Positions 41,000 through 49,617 of a stretch of 64,000 nucleotides of DNA are shown piece after piece; positions within the stretch are counted from its first letter, which is position 1, and every line of letters starts with the position of its first letter. The notes beneath the pieces are model-generated. The model was not told where the DNA came from and did no database searches. It worked only from the letters and a program-made list of their open reading frames with translations. The DNA is taken from positions 3,040,001 to 3,104,000 of the forward strand of contig OZ253470.1 of assembly GCA_965261735.1 (NCBI GenBank). The letters are read 5' to 3'. This DNA comes from Alphaproteobacteria bacterium. GTDB taxonomy: Bacteria; Pseudomonadota; Alphaproteobacteria; SHVV01. The translations under genes and the position numbers were made by a program.

Positions 41000-41460
41000 T
41001 GCGAGCTCGAACTTCTTGCCTGCCCCAGGGCCAGGCGTCTGCACGAAGACGTCCTCGATCTTGAAGGTGATGGCGAGACTGGGGTGCGGCGCGTGTGCGG
41101 CCAAGTGTCCAGCGTCGATACCGGCCTGCCTAAAATGCGCGATCAGCTTGCTCTGATAAATGTCTTGAATGGCGATGTCCTTTCATCGGTCGGCCGCGAG
41201 GACACGTGGCGGCCCTTGAACTGGTAGGTCTCGTGGCTCATCGGCTCGCACACCGTGAGCGCGACCACTCCGTTTTCCTCGAGGTTGCCCGTCGTCCGCT
41301 CGCTCTCGGCGACGGGGAGGAACATCGTGATGGTGTCTTCGCTCGCATTGGCGACGGCACCGGCAACGAACGCGACCGACGGCCGTAACTTGGAGTCGCG
41401 GGTTCCGATGGCCATCGGATGGGGGCCGTGCACAAACTCAACGAGCTTGTCGAGGATCAC
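41000..41460 (-). pseudogene. Pyridoxamine-phosphate-oxidase-like (split-barrel) protein, frameshifted
   Basis: IGTRDSKLRP, NLEENG.VA and HETYQFKG, then EDVFVQTPGPGAG in another frame. Confidence 0.65.
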
Positions 41461-41616
41461 GTCGTCTTCCCTCTCACGAGATCGAGCCGGGCTGGCGCGA
41501 CAGCCGCAAAGACTATCGCGGGGGCGAAACCCGGTACGGAGTCGCGCGCGCCGGCCCTCCCGTGCGAGGATGACGGCCGTGTACGGCAGAGGCCGGGCTG
41601 AAGGGAGGAATTGGGC

Positions 41617-42081
41617 ATGGTCTACTTTCCGCTCGCCGGCGGCTGTCAGTGCGGTGCCGTGCGCTACCGCGTCCTCGCGCCCCCGAGAACGGTGTTCCAT
41701 TGCCACTGCTCGATGTGCCGCAAGAGCACCGGGGCGACATTCGTCACCTTTGCCGTCATGCGCCGCGACGAGATTCAACTCGAGCGCGGCGAGGACAATC
41801 TCGCCGCCTTCGACAGCTCCGAAAACGTACGCCGGCTCTTCTGCAAGACTTGCGGCTGCAGCCTATTCCTGGATGTCCCCGGGTCCGCCGACATGCGGGC
41901 CTATGCGCCGGCGACCCTTGATGACCGAGCCCGTCCCGGGCACGGCCCGGAGGCCGAGTTCCATTGCTACGTCGGCTCGAAAGTGACGTGGTTCCAAATC
42001 GGTGATTCCCTACCGCAATATGACGGCTCGACCCGCGGCGCCGAGCCCGACCGCCTCGGCCCCGGTGCCGCTCCCGCTTGA
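41617..42081 (+). CDS. GFA / CENP-V family Zn protein
   Basis: GGCQCGAVRY, HCHCSMCRK and FCKTCG motifs. Confidence 0.9.
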   Translation: MVYFPLAGGCQCGAVRYRVLAPPRTVFHCHCSMCRKSTGATFVTFAVMRRDEIQLERGEDNLAAFDSSENVRRLFCKTCGCSLFLDVPGSADMRAYAPATLDDRARPGHGPEAEFHCYVGSKVTWFQIGDSLPQYDGSTRGAEPDRLGPGAAPA

Positions 42082-42085
42082 GGCT

Positions 42086-43075
42086 TCATTCGAGGTGGAT
42101 CACCCCGTCGGGGTGGAAGGCGCGGAAGGCGAAGGCGAAGCTCACGTCGTAGGGGACGTCCTCGAGCCCGACGGTGGTGCGGCGCTGCACCACGACGTTG
42201 CCGACGTCGCGACCGAGCACGACGGCGCGCGTATCGTGGATCGAGTTCTGGCCGGGCGTCCAGCGCAGCTCCAGATCGCCGGCCCTGACCACGCCTCGGG
42301 CGCGCACCAGCGCCAGGCTCCACGACTGCGTGCCGACCACGACGACACGTGCGAACGGCGCGAGCCCGTCCGGCAGGCGGTAGGGCATGCGCACGGAGCC
42401 CGACGCGGAGTCGTAGCCCTCATACGGCGTGAGGCCATAGGGGCGGGCGCGCGCGTCGTCGGGGATCAGCAGCTTGCCCTCGGGGGCACGCTGACGAAAT
42501 AGCGCGAACGACTCGAGGCGCGCCGGCACCATCGCGAGGCGGGTACCCGTGAGCGTCCCGACGATCGCCTCGCCGAGGAACTGCTGCCACCAGCTCTCCG
42601 TCTGGCGGTCATACATCACCATGTCGTAGTGGCGAATGCGGCCGGTATTGCCGAAGTCGAGGGTGCGCCCGGCCACGCGCCGGTCGAAGACGACTGCCGA
42701 GTTGCACAACGGGCAGTAGCTCACCAACACCGGCACGCCGGCCACGGTGTCGTTGACGATCTCGTGCCACAGCAGGATGCGCAGCGGGTAGGCGCGGGCA
42801 TCTCCGGCGATCGTGACGCTGACCACTGGCTCCATCGAGCCGATGCCGGTCGCGCTTGCGGCGCCGACGAAGCGCGGCATGTCGATCGGCGGGATACTGT
42901 CGCGGCGCGGCCCGTCCGTGACGATCTCGCCGAGATCGATGGAGCGGCGCGCGAAGTCGGTGGCTGGGAACTCGGCGCGCCATACCGCGGCACCGCCGTC
43001 GTCGCCTTTTGCGGGAGTGCCTAGGGGAAGCGCTATCAGCACAACCACCGCGACGATCCAACGCCCTCGCCCCAT
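42086..43075 (-). CDS. Secreted DUF3179-type protein
   Basis: Signal peptide; GP.RD.IP.ID.P, RAYP..IL.WHEIVND, YCPLCNS and MYDRQTESWW motifs. Confidence 0.8.
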   Translation of the reverse strand: MGRGRWIVAVVVLIALPLGTPAKGDDGGAAVWRAEFPATDFARRSIDLGEIVTDGPRRDSIPPIDMPRFVGAASATGIGSMEPVVSVTIAGDARAYPLRILLWHEIVNDTVAGVPVLVSYCPLCNSAVVFDRRVAGRTLDFGNTGRIRHYDMVMYDRQTESWWQQFLGEAIVGTLTGTRLAMVPARLESFALFRQRAPEGKLLIPDDARARPYGLTPYEGYDSASGSVRMPYRLPDGLAPFARVVVVGTQSWSLALVRARGVVRAGDLELRWTPGQNSIHDTRAVVLGRDVGNVVVQRRTTVGLEDVPYDVSFAFAFRAFHPDGVIHLE

Positions 43076-43203
43076 CCTGAAACGGCCTCCCGCCATGGCT
43101 CGCGTCGATTGTTCCGCGGCAGCACGTCGTGCGCAAGCGCGCCGCGGCGTCGCGGCACTTGTCTTCGCGGCCGACGGGGGCTACATCCCTGGGGCACGAC
43201 TGC

Positions 43204-43905
43204 ATGACGGATTCGCGCCCCATTGGCTGGGTGGCGCGGTTGTCGGTTTGGGAACGACCAGTGTCGAAGTTTCGCCGATATACGTGGACGGACCGCTTGA
43301 TGCGGCTCGCGTCGCATCGCCTCATCGTCCCGCTGAAGCGAAGCCAGCACCCGCCCGAATATTCGGCTCGCGGCATACTCGTCGGCATTGTGTGGGGGCT
43401 GACTCCGACGGTCGGCGTGCAGATGGCGGCGGTGTTCGCGACGTGGACGCTCGGGCGCCGCCTGTTCGGCTGGAACTTCAACCTGATCATGGCGCTCGCC
43501 TGGACCTGGATCAGCAACCCGCTGACCATGGTCCCGATCTACTACCTGTTCTACGTCACCGGTCAGATCATGTTCGGGCGCTGGTCCGACCTCGCCGGCT
43601 ACGACGTGTTCGCCACCCTGTTCTCGCAGGCCTTCGCTTCCGGCACCGGGATCCTGGAGTCGGCGCGGGCGACGTTGTCCATTGCGGTCAAGGACTTTGG
43701 CCTGACGCTGCTCGTCGGCTCGCTTCCCTACGCGGTGGTCGGCGGTGCACTCGGCTTCTGGTGGGGCGTGCGGTTCGTGCTGCGCTACCGCGCGGCGCGC
43801 ACGGCGCGCGCGGCCCGCAGACGCAGCCGGCGGCTGGCGCGCGCCCGGCAGCTGGCGCCGCAGCCTGCGGCACCCAAGGCGTCGCGCGCCGTGGATCGGG
43901 CTTGA
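43204..43905 (+). CDS. DUF2062-type membrane protein
   Basis: PEYSARG..VG...GLTP..G.Q and WISNPLT..PIY; start uncertain. Confidence 0.75.
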   Translation: MTDSRPIGWVARLSVWERPVSKFRRYTWTDRLMRLASHRLIVPLKRSQHPPEYSARGILVGIVWGLTPTVGVQMAAVFATWTLGRRLFGWNFNLIMALAWTWISNPLTMVPIYYLFYVTGQIMFGRWSDLAGYDVFATLFSQAFASGTGILESARATLSIAVKDFGLTLLVGSLPYAVVGGALGFWWGVRFVLRYRAARTARAARRRSRRLARARQLAPQPAAPKASRAVDRA

Positions 43906-43991
43906 CCAGCCGATCACCCCAGGACTAGCGTAGACGAAAGCGGTGTCCGCGTGGCGCCCTTGACGCTGAGACCTGCTCAAGAGGAAAAACG

Positions 43992-45362
43992 ATGGCCAGA
44001 CACATCAAGTGCGGCACCCTGTTCGACGGCCTCGGCGACGACGCCGAGAGCGATCAGACCCTGGTCATCGAGGACGGCCTCCTCACCTATGTCGGGCCCT
44101 CCGACAAGGCACCGCAGGCTGAGGCGGGCGACGAGATCGTCGACCACTCGAAGTATTTCGTTATGCCGGGCCTCACCGATATCCACACCCATCTTTCATA
44201 CGGCAACGCGCAGTGCGAGGAAGACATCGACCTCTATGCGGCCGTCGAGTTTCGCGCCATTCGGGCGGTGCTGAACGCACAGCGTCTGCTGGCCGCGGGT
44301 TATACGTCGATGGCCGATCCTGGCGGCTCCGCCCGCGTGCCGATCTCGGCCCGCGACGCGATCAACGCCGGCATGTTCCCAGGGCCACGGATCACTTGCT
44401 CTGGCCCCTACATCACCAGCCGGCAGGGGTTAACCGACTACTACCCGTCCTGGTTCGGATGCCCGGAGACATCGATCGGCCACTTGGTGCAAAACGTGAC
44501 CGAGGCGATCGAGGTCATTCGCGCCCAGGTCAAGGACGGCGTGGATTTCGTGAAGTTCGCGATGGACGGCAAACAGCTCAACGACAAGGGTGAGCTGGTG
44601 GCCTCGTTCAATCAGGCGGAGACGACCAAAATGGTTACGGAATGCCACCGCCTGGGCAAGAAGGTGGTGATGCACGCGCGCGGCCGCGAGGGCACGTTGT
44701 ATTCGGCGCGGGCCGCGGCCGACGTGATCTTCCATGCGTCATGGATGGACGAGGAGGGGCTCGCGGCGGTGCTCGAGAACGGTTGCGCGATCTGCCCGAC
44801 GCTCACGCTGCCCTACAACAACATCACGTTCACCCAGCCCAGCGATCCCTCCTTCAAGCGGGTGCGGCCCGACATCGGCTCGGCCGAGTGGGCCGTGGCC
44901 ATGAAGTCGCTGAGCACCGCGCATAAGGCGGGCGTACCCTTCATGACCGGCACCGATTCGGGTTTCGCTATCACGCCCTACGGCGAATGGCATGCCCGCG
45001 AGATCGAGCTCTTCGTCAAGTATCTCGGCTTCACGCCGGCCGAGGCACTGCGTTCGGCGACCTCGGTGAGCGCCTCGTTCCTGTCGGACGGCGAACGCCT
45101 TGGGGCGCTCGCGGCGGGCCGTCATGCCGATTTGATCGTCGTCGACGGCAATCCGCTCATGAACGTGTCGGTGCTGTTGGACAAGGCGTTGATCAAGGAG
45201 GTCTATCTGGCGGGCGATGCGATCGCCCTCGATCTGCCGCCGATCCAGACGCAGGGCGTCAGCACCTTCTCCTATCGCTTCTGGCAGGACATGTACGATC
45301 AGGAGCGGGTCAAGGCGCTCGGCGCCGAGGGCGGCGCGATCCGTCACATCGAAGCCGCCTAG
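43992..45362 (+). CDS. Metal-dependent amidohydrolase, paralogue 2
   Basis: MPGLTDIHTH, FVKFAMDG, VVMHARG, IFHAS and GTDSG motifs. Confidence 0.92.
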   Translation: MARHIKCGTLFDGLGDDAESDQTLVIEDGLLTYVGPSDKAPQAEAGDEIVDHSKYFVMPGLTDIHTHLSYGNAQCEEDIDLYAAVEFRAIRAVLNAQRLLAAGYTSMADPGGSARVPISARDAINAGMFPGPRITCSGPYITSRQGLTDYYPSWFGCPETSIGHLVQNVTEAIEVIRAQVKDGVDFVKFAMDGKQLNDKGELVASFNQAETTKMVTECHRLGKKVVMHARGREGTLYSARAAADVIFHASWMDEEGLAAVLENGCAICPTLTLPYNNITFTQPSDPSFKRVRPDIGSAEWAVAMKSLSTAHKAGVPFMTGTDSGFAITPYGEWHAREIELFVKYLGFTPAEALRSATSVSASFLSDGERLGALAAGRHADLIVVDGNPLMNVSVLLDKALIKEVYLAGDAIALDLPPIQTQGVSTFSYRFWQDMYDQERVKALGAEGGAIRHIEAA

Positions 45363-45392
45363 GTAGCGGCATCGCGGGCCGGCCGCCGCCCG

Positions 45393-46220
45393 ATGGCTAG
45401 CAGGGAACCGGTCGCAGGCCGGGAACTAAGCCCGGGCGCGGCGGCGGTTCGCTTCCTGCGCCTGCATCCCAACCTGATCCGCGTTGTCGTCGTCGCTATC
45501 TTCTTCATCGCGTGGGAGTACTTCGGGCGTTCGGTCAGCCCACTCTTTCTCAGCTCGCCGACAAAGGTGTTCGTGGCGACCTGGGAGGTCATCCTGAGCG
45601 GTGATCTCGCCGTGGCGCTCAAGGAAAGCTTGTTGCTGTTTACGGTCGGAATGACCGTTTCGATAGTCGGCGGCATCGCGCTCGGCGTGATGCTCGGCCA
45701 GTGGTGGTTCATCGAATACACGCTCGACCCTTTCGTCAACGCGCTCTACGTGACTCCGCGGATCGCGCTCCTGCCCCTCATCATCCTGTGGGCCGGGCTG
45801 GAGACCGCTGGCAAGCTAACGATTCTCATTTCGATTGCGATCTTTCCCGTGATCATCAACACCTACGCCGGCATCAAGGACGTGCGCGGCTCGCTGCTGG
45901 AGATCGGCCGCGCCTTCGGCGCCAGCGAAAGCGACATCTTCTTCAAGATCACACTTCCGGCCGCGACGCCCTACGTGATGGCCGGCATTCGCCTCTCGGT
46001 CGGGCTCGGCATCACAGCAATGATCGTGGCCGAGTTCTTCACGGCGATCTCCGGGCTCGGCGGGATGATCGTCAATTACGGTGCCGTGTTCGCGACCTCG
46101 AAGATGTTCGTGCCGATCATTATCGTAGGCCTCATGGGCGTCGCCCTGACCCAGCTCGTCCAGTATACGGAGCGCAGACTGTCGAAGTGGCGCACGTTGG
46201 AGCGCGAGCGCATCAAGTAG
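45393..46220 (+). CDS. NitT/TauT (SsuC-like) ABC permease
   Basis: Hydrophobic segments, P.IALLPL..LW.G, FPVIINTY.G and an EAA-like loop. Confidence 0.9.
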   Translation: MASREPVAGRELSPGAAAVRFLRLHPNLIRVVVVAIFFIAWEYFGRSVSPLFLSSPTKVFVATWEVILSGDLAVALKESLLLFTVGMTVSIVGGIALGVMLGQWWFIEYTLDPFVNALYVTPRIALLPLIILWAGLETAGKLTILISIAIFPVIINTYAGIKDVRGSLLEIGRAFGASESDIFFKITLPAATPYVMAGIRLSVGLGITAMIVAEFFTAISGLGGMIVNYGAVFATSKMFVPIIIVGLMGVALTQLVQYTERRLSKWRTLERERIK

Positions 46221-46398
46221 GCGGTCGACGGCCCGAGAGTGGCGAGTTGAACTGCGCCATGGCGACGGCTATCATCGCGCCGCGGCGGTGGTCGATTAGC
46301 GGCGCCGCTAGGCAAAAGGAATAATGTGGCCCACCGAATCAGGTCGGGCCGATGGATCGGAAACAACATCCGATCAGGCGAGGAAAGGGAGGAGAGTC

Positions 46399-47430
46399 AT
46401 GGGGACGGGTTTATGGAGTAGGTCACGACGCGCGCTCTTGGGGACGGCGGTCGGCGTGCTCGCGGCGGTGATCGTCGCGGGCGGGGCGAGCGCGGCCGAA
46501 CTCATGGTCGTCAAGCGCTCCAATGGATCGGGTGCGCCGCAACCCTTCGGACTGCCATGGTACGTCGCCGATGAGATGGGCTTCTTCGCCAAGCATGGCA
46601 TCAAGTTCGAGGAGGTCTACGTCAAGGGCGACGCCAACAGCATGCGCGCGCTGCTCGCCAACCAGGCTCTGGTCGGCGGCGTCGGTCCGACGACGATGTT
46701 CTCGGCCCTGAGCGAGGGCGCCAAAGTCAAGGTCATCGTCGCCTCGCAGCCGGTGGTCGACTACCACATCATCGCCCGCAAGGGCGTCGCCACCACACTG
46801 AGCGAGTTGGCGGGCTTGACCTTCGCGTCGGCGGGCCCGATGGACCTCACCACCGAGATTCCGAAGATGGTGCTGCGCAAGAACGGCGTCGACCCGAGCA
46901 CGGTGAAGTTCCAGCAGGTCGGCAGTCACGCCGCGCGCCTACAGGCCGTGATCGCGGGCCGCGTCCAGGCGACGATGATCAATACGCTCTATACGACGAT
47001 CGGCCATCGCGCCGGCGACATCAACATCATCACGCCGGTGGCCTTGGAGTTCCCCGGGCTTGGTTACACCTACCTCGCGGTGCGTGAAGGGGACCTAGCG
47101 GATCCCAAGATGCGCAAGGCCCTGAAAGGGTTCGTCCACGGCACCATCGAAGGTGCACGGTTCATCATGGACAACCCTGAGCAGGCGGCGGGGATCATGC
47201 ACAAGATCCTTCCCGACGTCGACAAGGACATTTTGGTCGAAGTCATCGGGCGGCTCAACGCCACGAAGGTGTGGGGCGTCAACGGTGGGGTCGAGCCTGA
47301 GATCACCGAGTTCACCGTCAAGGTACAGATGGAAATGGGCGGGTTGAAAAAGAAGCTCACGGCGGCGGACGTTCTTGACCGTACGCTGGTGGAAGAGGTG
47401 CTAGCCGAGATCGGCCCCTATAAGGGCTGA
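46399..47430 (+). CDS. NitT/TauT (NMT1-like) ABC substrate-binding protein
   Basis: SRRALL signal peptide, YVADEMGFFAKHGI and RLQAVIAGRVQA. Confidence 0.88.
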   Translation: MGTGLWSRSRRALLGTAVGVLAAVIVAGGASAAELMVVKRSNGSGAPQPFGLPWYVADEMGFFAKHGIKFEEVYVKGDANSMRALLANQALVGGVGPTTMFSALSEGAKVKVIVASQPVVDYHIIARKGVATTLSELAGLTFASAGPMDLTTEIPKMVLRKNGVDPSTVKFQQVGSHAARLQAVIAGRVQATMINTLYTTIGHRAGDINIITPVALEFPGLGYTYLAVREGDLADPKMRKALKGFVHGTIEGARFIMDNPEQAAGIMHKILPDVDKDILVEVIGRLNATKVWGVNGGVEPEITEFTVKVQMEMGGLKKKLTAADVLDRTLVEEVLAEIGPYKG

Positions 47431-47440
47431 GTACTCTCAA

Positions 47441-47470
47441 GGGGGAGGGCCGCACGCGCGGTCCTCCCCC
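47441..47470 (+). terminator. Strong stem-loop after the SBP gene
   Basis: GGGGGAGGGCCGC-ACGC-GCGGTCCTCCCCC. Confidence 0.6.
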
Positions 47471-47522
47471 TATGCGTTTTCGCGGAGGCGCTCTCTAGAC
47501 CGCCGAGGACGGATGGCTTGGC

Positions 47523-48221
47523 ATGACCCTGAGTATCGATGACGTTCTGAAACGGATCGCCCAGATGCACGAGGAGCGGCCGCTGTATTCGCAGCCGCTG
47601 TGGCGCGACTTGGTGGACGGCAATCTAAGCCGCGATCAGGTCAAGGAATTCGCCTACCACTACAGCATCGTGCCGCTGCCCAACTACAACTACCATGGCC
47701 GGTTGTACCTGCACTGCCCGGACTACCGTTGGCGCAAGCTGATCGCCGAGATTTGCTACGAGGAGGGAACCGGCAAGTTGTTCGCCGGCGGCCGCCCGCA
47801 CTGCGAGCTGTACATCGATTTCGGGACGGCGGTGGGTTGGACGGAGGAGGAGCTGTGGAAGGCCGACTACATGCCGACCGCGCTCGCCTGGAAGGCGTAC
47901 CTGGAGAAGCTGTGCGAGTCGGATTTCCTCGAGGGGGCGACCGCCCACATGCTCTCCGGCGAGGCCATGATCCCCGGTACCTTCGGGCGTATCGCCGACA
48001 AGTTTCAGGAGAAGTTCGGGCTGAGCGAGCAGCAGGTCGCGTTCTGGCGCGTGCACGATGTGGCCGACGGTGACCATTCGGGGATCGGGCGCGAGCTCCT
48101 CGAAGAGTTCGCGCCGACCCAGGCCGATCGTAAGCGCGTCATCAAGATCGTCGACGCGTACAAGGACGTCGTCTTTTTTATGTATGGAGAGATCTACCGG
48201 CGCGTGCAAGCGGTTCAGTAG
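47523..48221 (+). CDS. Heme-oxygenase-like di-iron enzyme (CADD/PqqC/TenA fold)
   Basis: YEEG...PH, GEAMIP and HDVADGDH match the E/H/E/H/D/H ligand pattern of CADD. Confidence 0.8.
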   Translation: MTLSIDDVLKRIAQMHEERPLYSQPLWRDLVDGNLSRDQVKEFAYHYSIVPLPNYNYHGRLYLHCPDYRWRKLIAEICYEEGTGKLFAGGRPHCELYIDFGTAVGWTEEELWKADYMPTALAWKAYLEKLCESDFLEGATAHMLSGEAMIPGTFGRIADKFQEKFGLSEQQVAFWRVHDVADGDHSGIGRELLEEFAPTQADRKRVIKIVDAYKDVVFFMYGEIYRRVQAVQ

Positions 48222-48267
48222 GTGATCTGGCCGCCGGCCCGCGCGCGGCGGAGACAGGAGGACGACA

Positions 48268-49617
48268 ATGGCGATGCACTTGCGTTGCGGCAAGCTGTTT
48301 ACCGGCCTCGAGGACGATGCGCGGAGCGGCCAGACCGTGGTCGTCGATGGCGGCGCGGTCGCCTATGTCGGGGCCACCGAAAAGGCGCCGCCCGCGACGC
48401 CCGCCGATGAGGTCGTCGACTACGCCGACTACTTCGTAATGCCCGGGCTCATCGACGCCCATACCCACCTCTCCTTCGGCAACGCCGTCACCGAAGAAGA
48501 CTTGGATATGTACACGCCGCTCGAGTTCCGCTCGCTTCGCGCATTGCTCAACGCGCAACGCGTGTTGGCGGCGGGCTTCATCGGCGTGATCGATCCCGGC
48601 TGTTCGGGCCGCGTGATGGTCGCGGTAAGGGACGCCATCAACGCCGGCATGTTCGCCGGCCCCCGGATCGCCTGCTCGGGCCCGTTTATCGCCAATCATC
48701 AGGGGTACACCGCTTTTTATCCGAGCTGGTTCAACAACCAGGTCGCGGTCTGCTGCATCGTCGACAGCGCCTCGGAGGCGATCGAGGCGATCCGCAGCCA
48801 GATCAAGGACGGCGTCGATTTCATCAAAATCGCGATGGACGGCCGGGCCCGCAATCTCAAGGGAGAGCTCGCCGCCGCCTTCGATCAAGACACTACGAAG
48901 CGCATGATCACCGAGTGCCACCGCCTCGGCAAAAAGGTGATCGTCCACGCCAAGGGTGCCGAGGCGATGTTGTTCGGCGCTCGCGCCGGCGCCGACGTCA
49001 TCTACCACGCGTCCTGGGCCGACGAGGAGGCACTCGACGCGGCGCGCGAGAACGGCTGCGTGATCTGCCCTTCGTTGACCATCATCTACAACAACAACAC
49101 CTTCACCCAAACGACCGATGCGTCCTTCAATCGGACCGATCACGGGGCCAGCGAGTGGGCCGCTGCCCACGTCTCGGCGCGGCGCGCCCGCGAGCTCGGG
49201 ATACCGCTGATGGCGGGTTCGGATTCCGGGTTCGCGATCAACCCCTGTGGCGAGTGGCATGCCCGCGAGCTCGACCTCATGGTAAAGCACGTCGGCCTGA
49301 CGACGGCCGAGGTGTTGCGCGCGGCGACAGCGCTCAATGCTACGTTCTTCGATGACGCAGGCCGCATGGGCGCGCTCGAGGTCGGGCGCCACGCCGATAT
49401 TCTGGTGGTCGACGGCGACCCGCTCGCCGACGTCGCCGTGCTGCTCGACAAATCGGCGATCAAGGAGGTCTATCTCGAGGGAGAGCCCGTTCGGCTCGCG
49501 GTCCGGCCGGCGCAGCTCGCGGGCGAGACCGACAACACATATCGCTTCTGGCAGGACATGTACGATCAGAGGCGTGTGGCCGAGCTCGCCGCCGAGTCGC
49601 GCTTGCGGGCGATCTAG
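48268..49617 (+). CDS. Metal-dependent amidohydrolase, paralogue 3
   Basis: MPGLIDAHTH, FIKIAMDG, VIVHAKG, IYHAS and GSDSG motifs. Confidence 0.92.
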   Translation: MAMHLRCGKLFTGLEDDARSGQTVVVDGGAVAYVGATEKAPPATPADEVVDYADYFVMPGLIDAHTHLSFGNAVTEEDLDMYTPLEFRSLRALLNAQRVLAAGFIGVIDPGCSGRVMVAVRDAINAGMFAGPRIACSGPFIANHQGYTAFYPSWFNNQVAVCCIVDSASEAIEAIRSQIKDGVDFIKIAMDGRARNLKGELAAAFDQDTTKRMITECHRLGKKVIVHAKGAEAMLFGARAGADVIYHASWADEEALDAARENGCVICPSLTIIYNNNTFTQTTDASFNRTDHGASEWAAAHVSARRARELGIPLMAGSDSGFAINPCGEWHARELDLMVKHVGLTTAEVLRAATALNATFFDDAGRMGALEVGRHADILVVDGDPLADVAVLLDKSAIKEVYLEGEPVRLAVRPAQLAGETDNTYRFWQDMYDQRRVAELAAESRLRAI

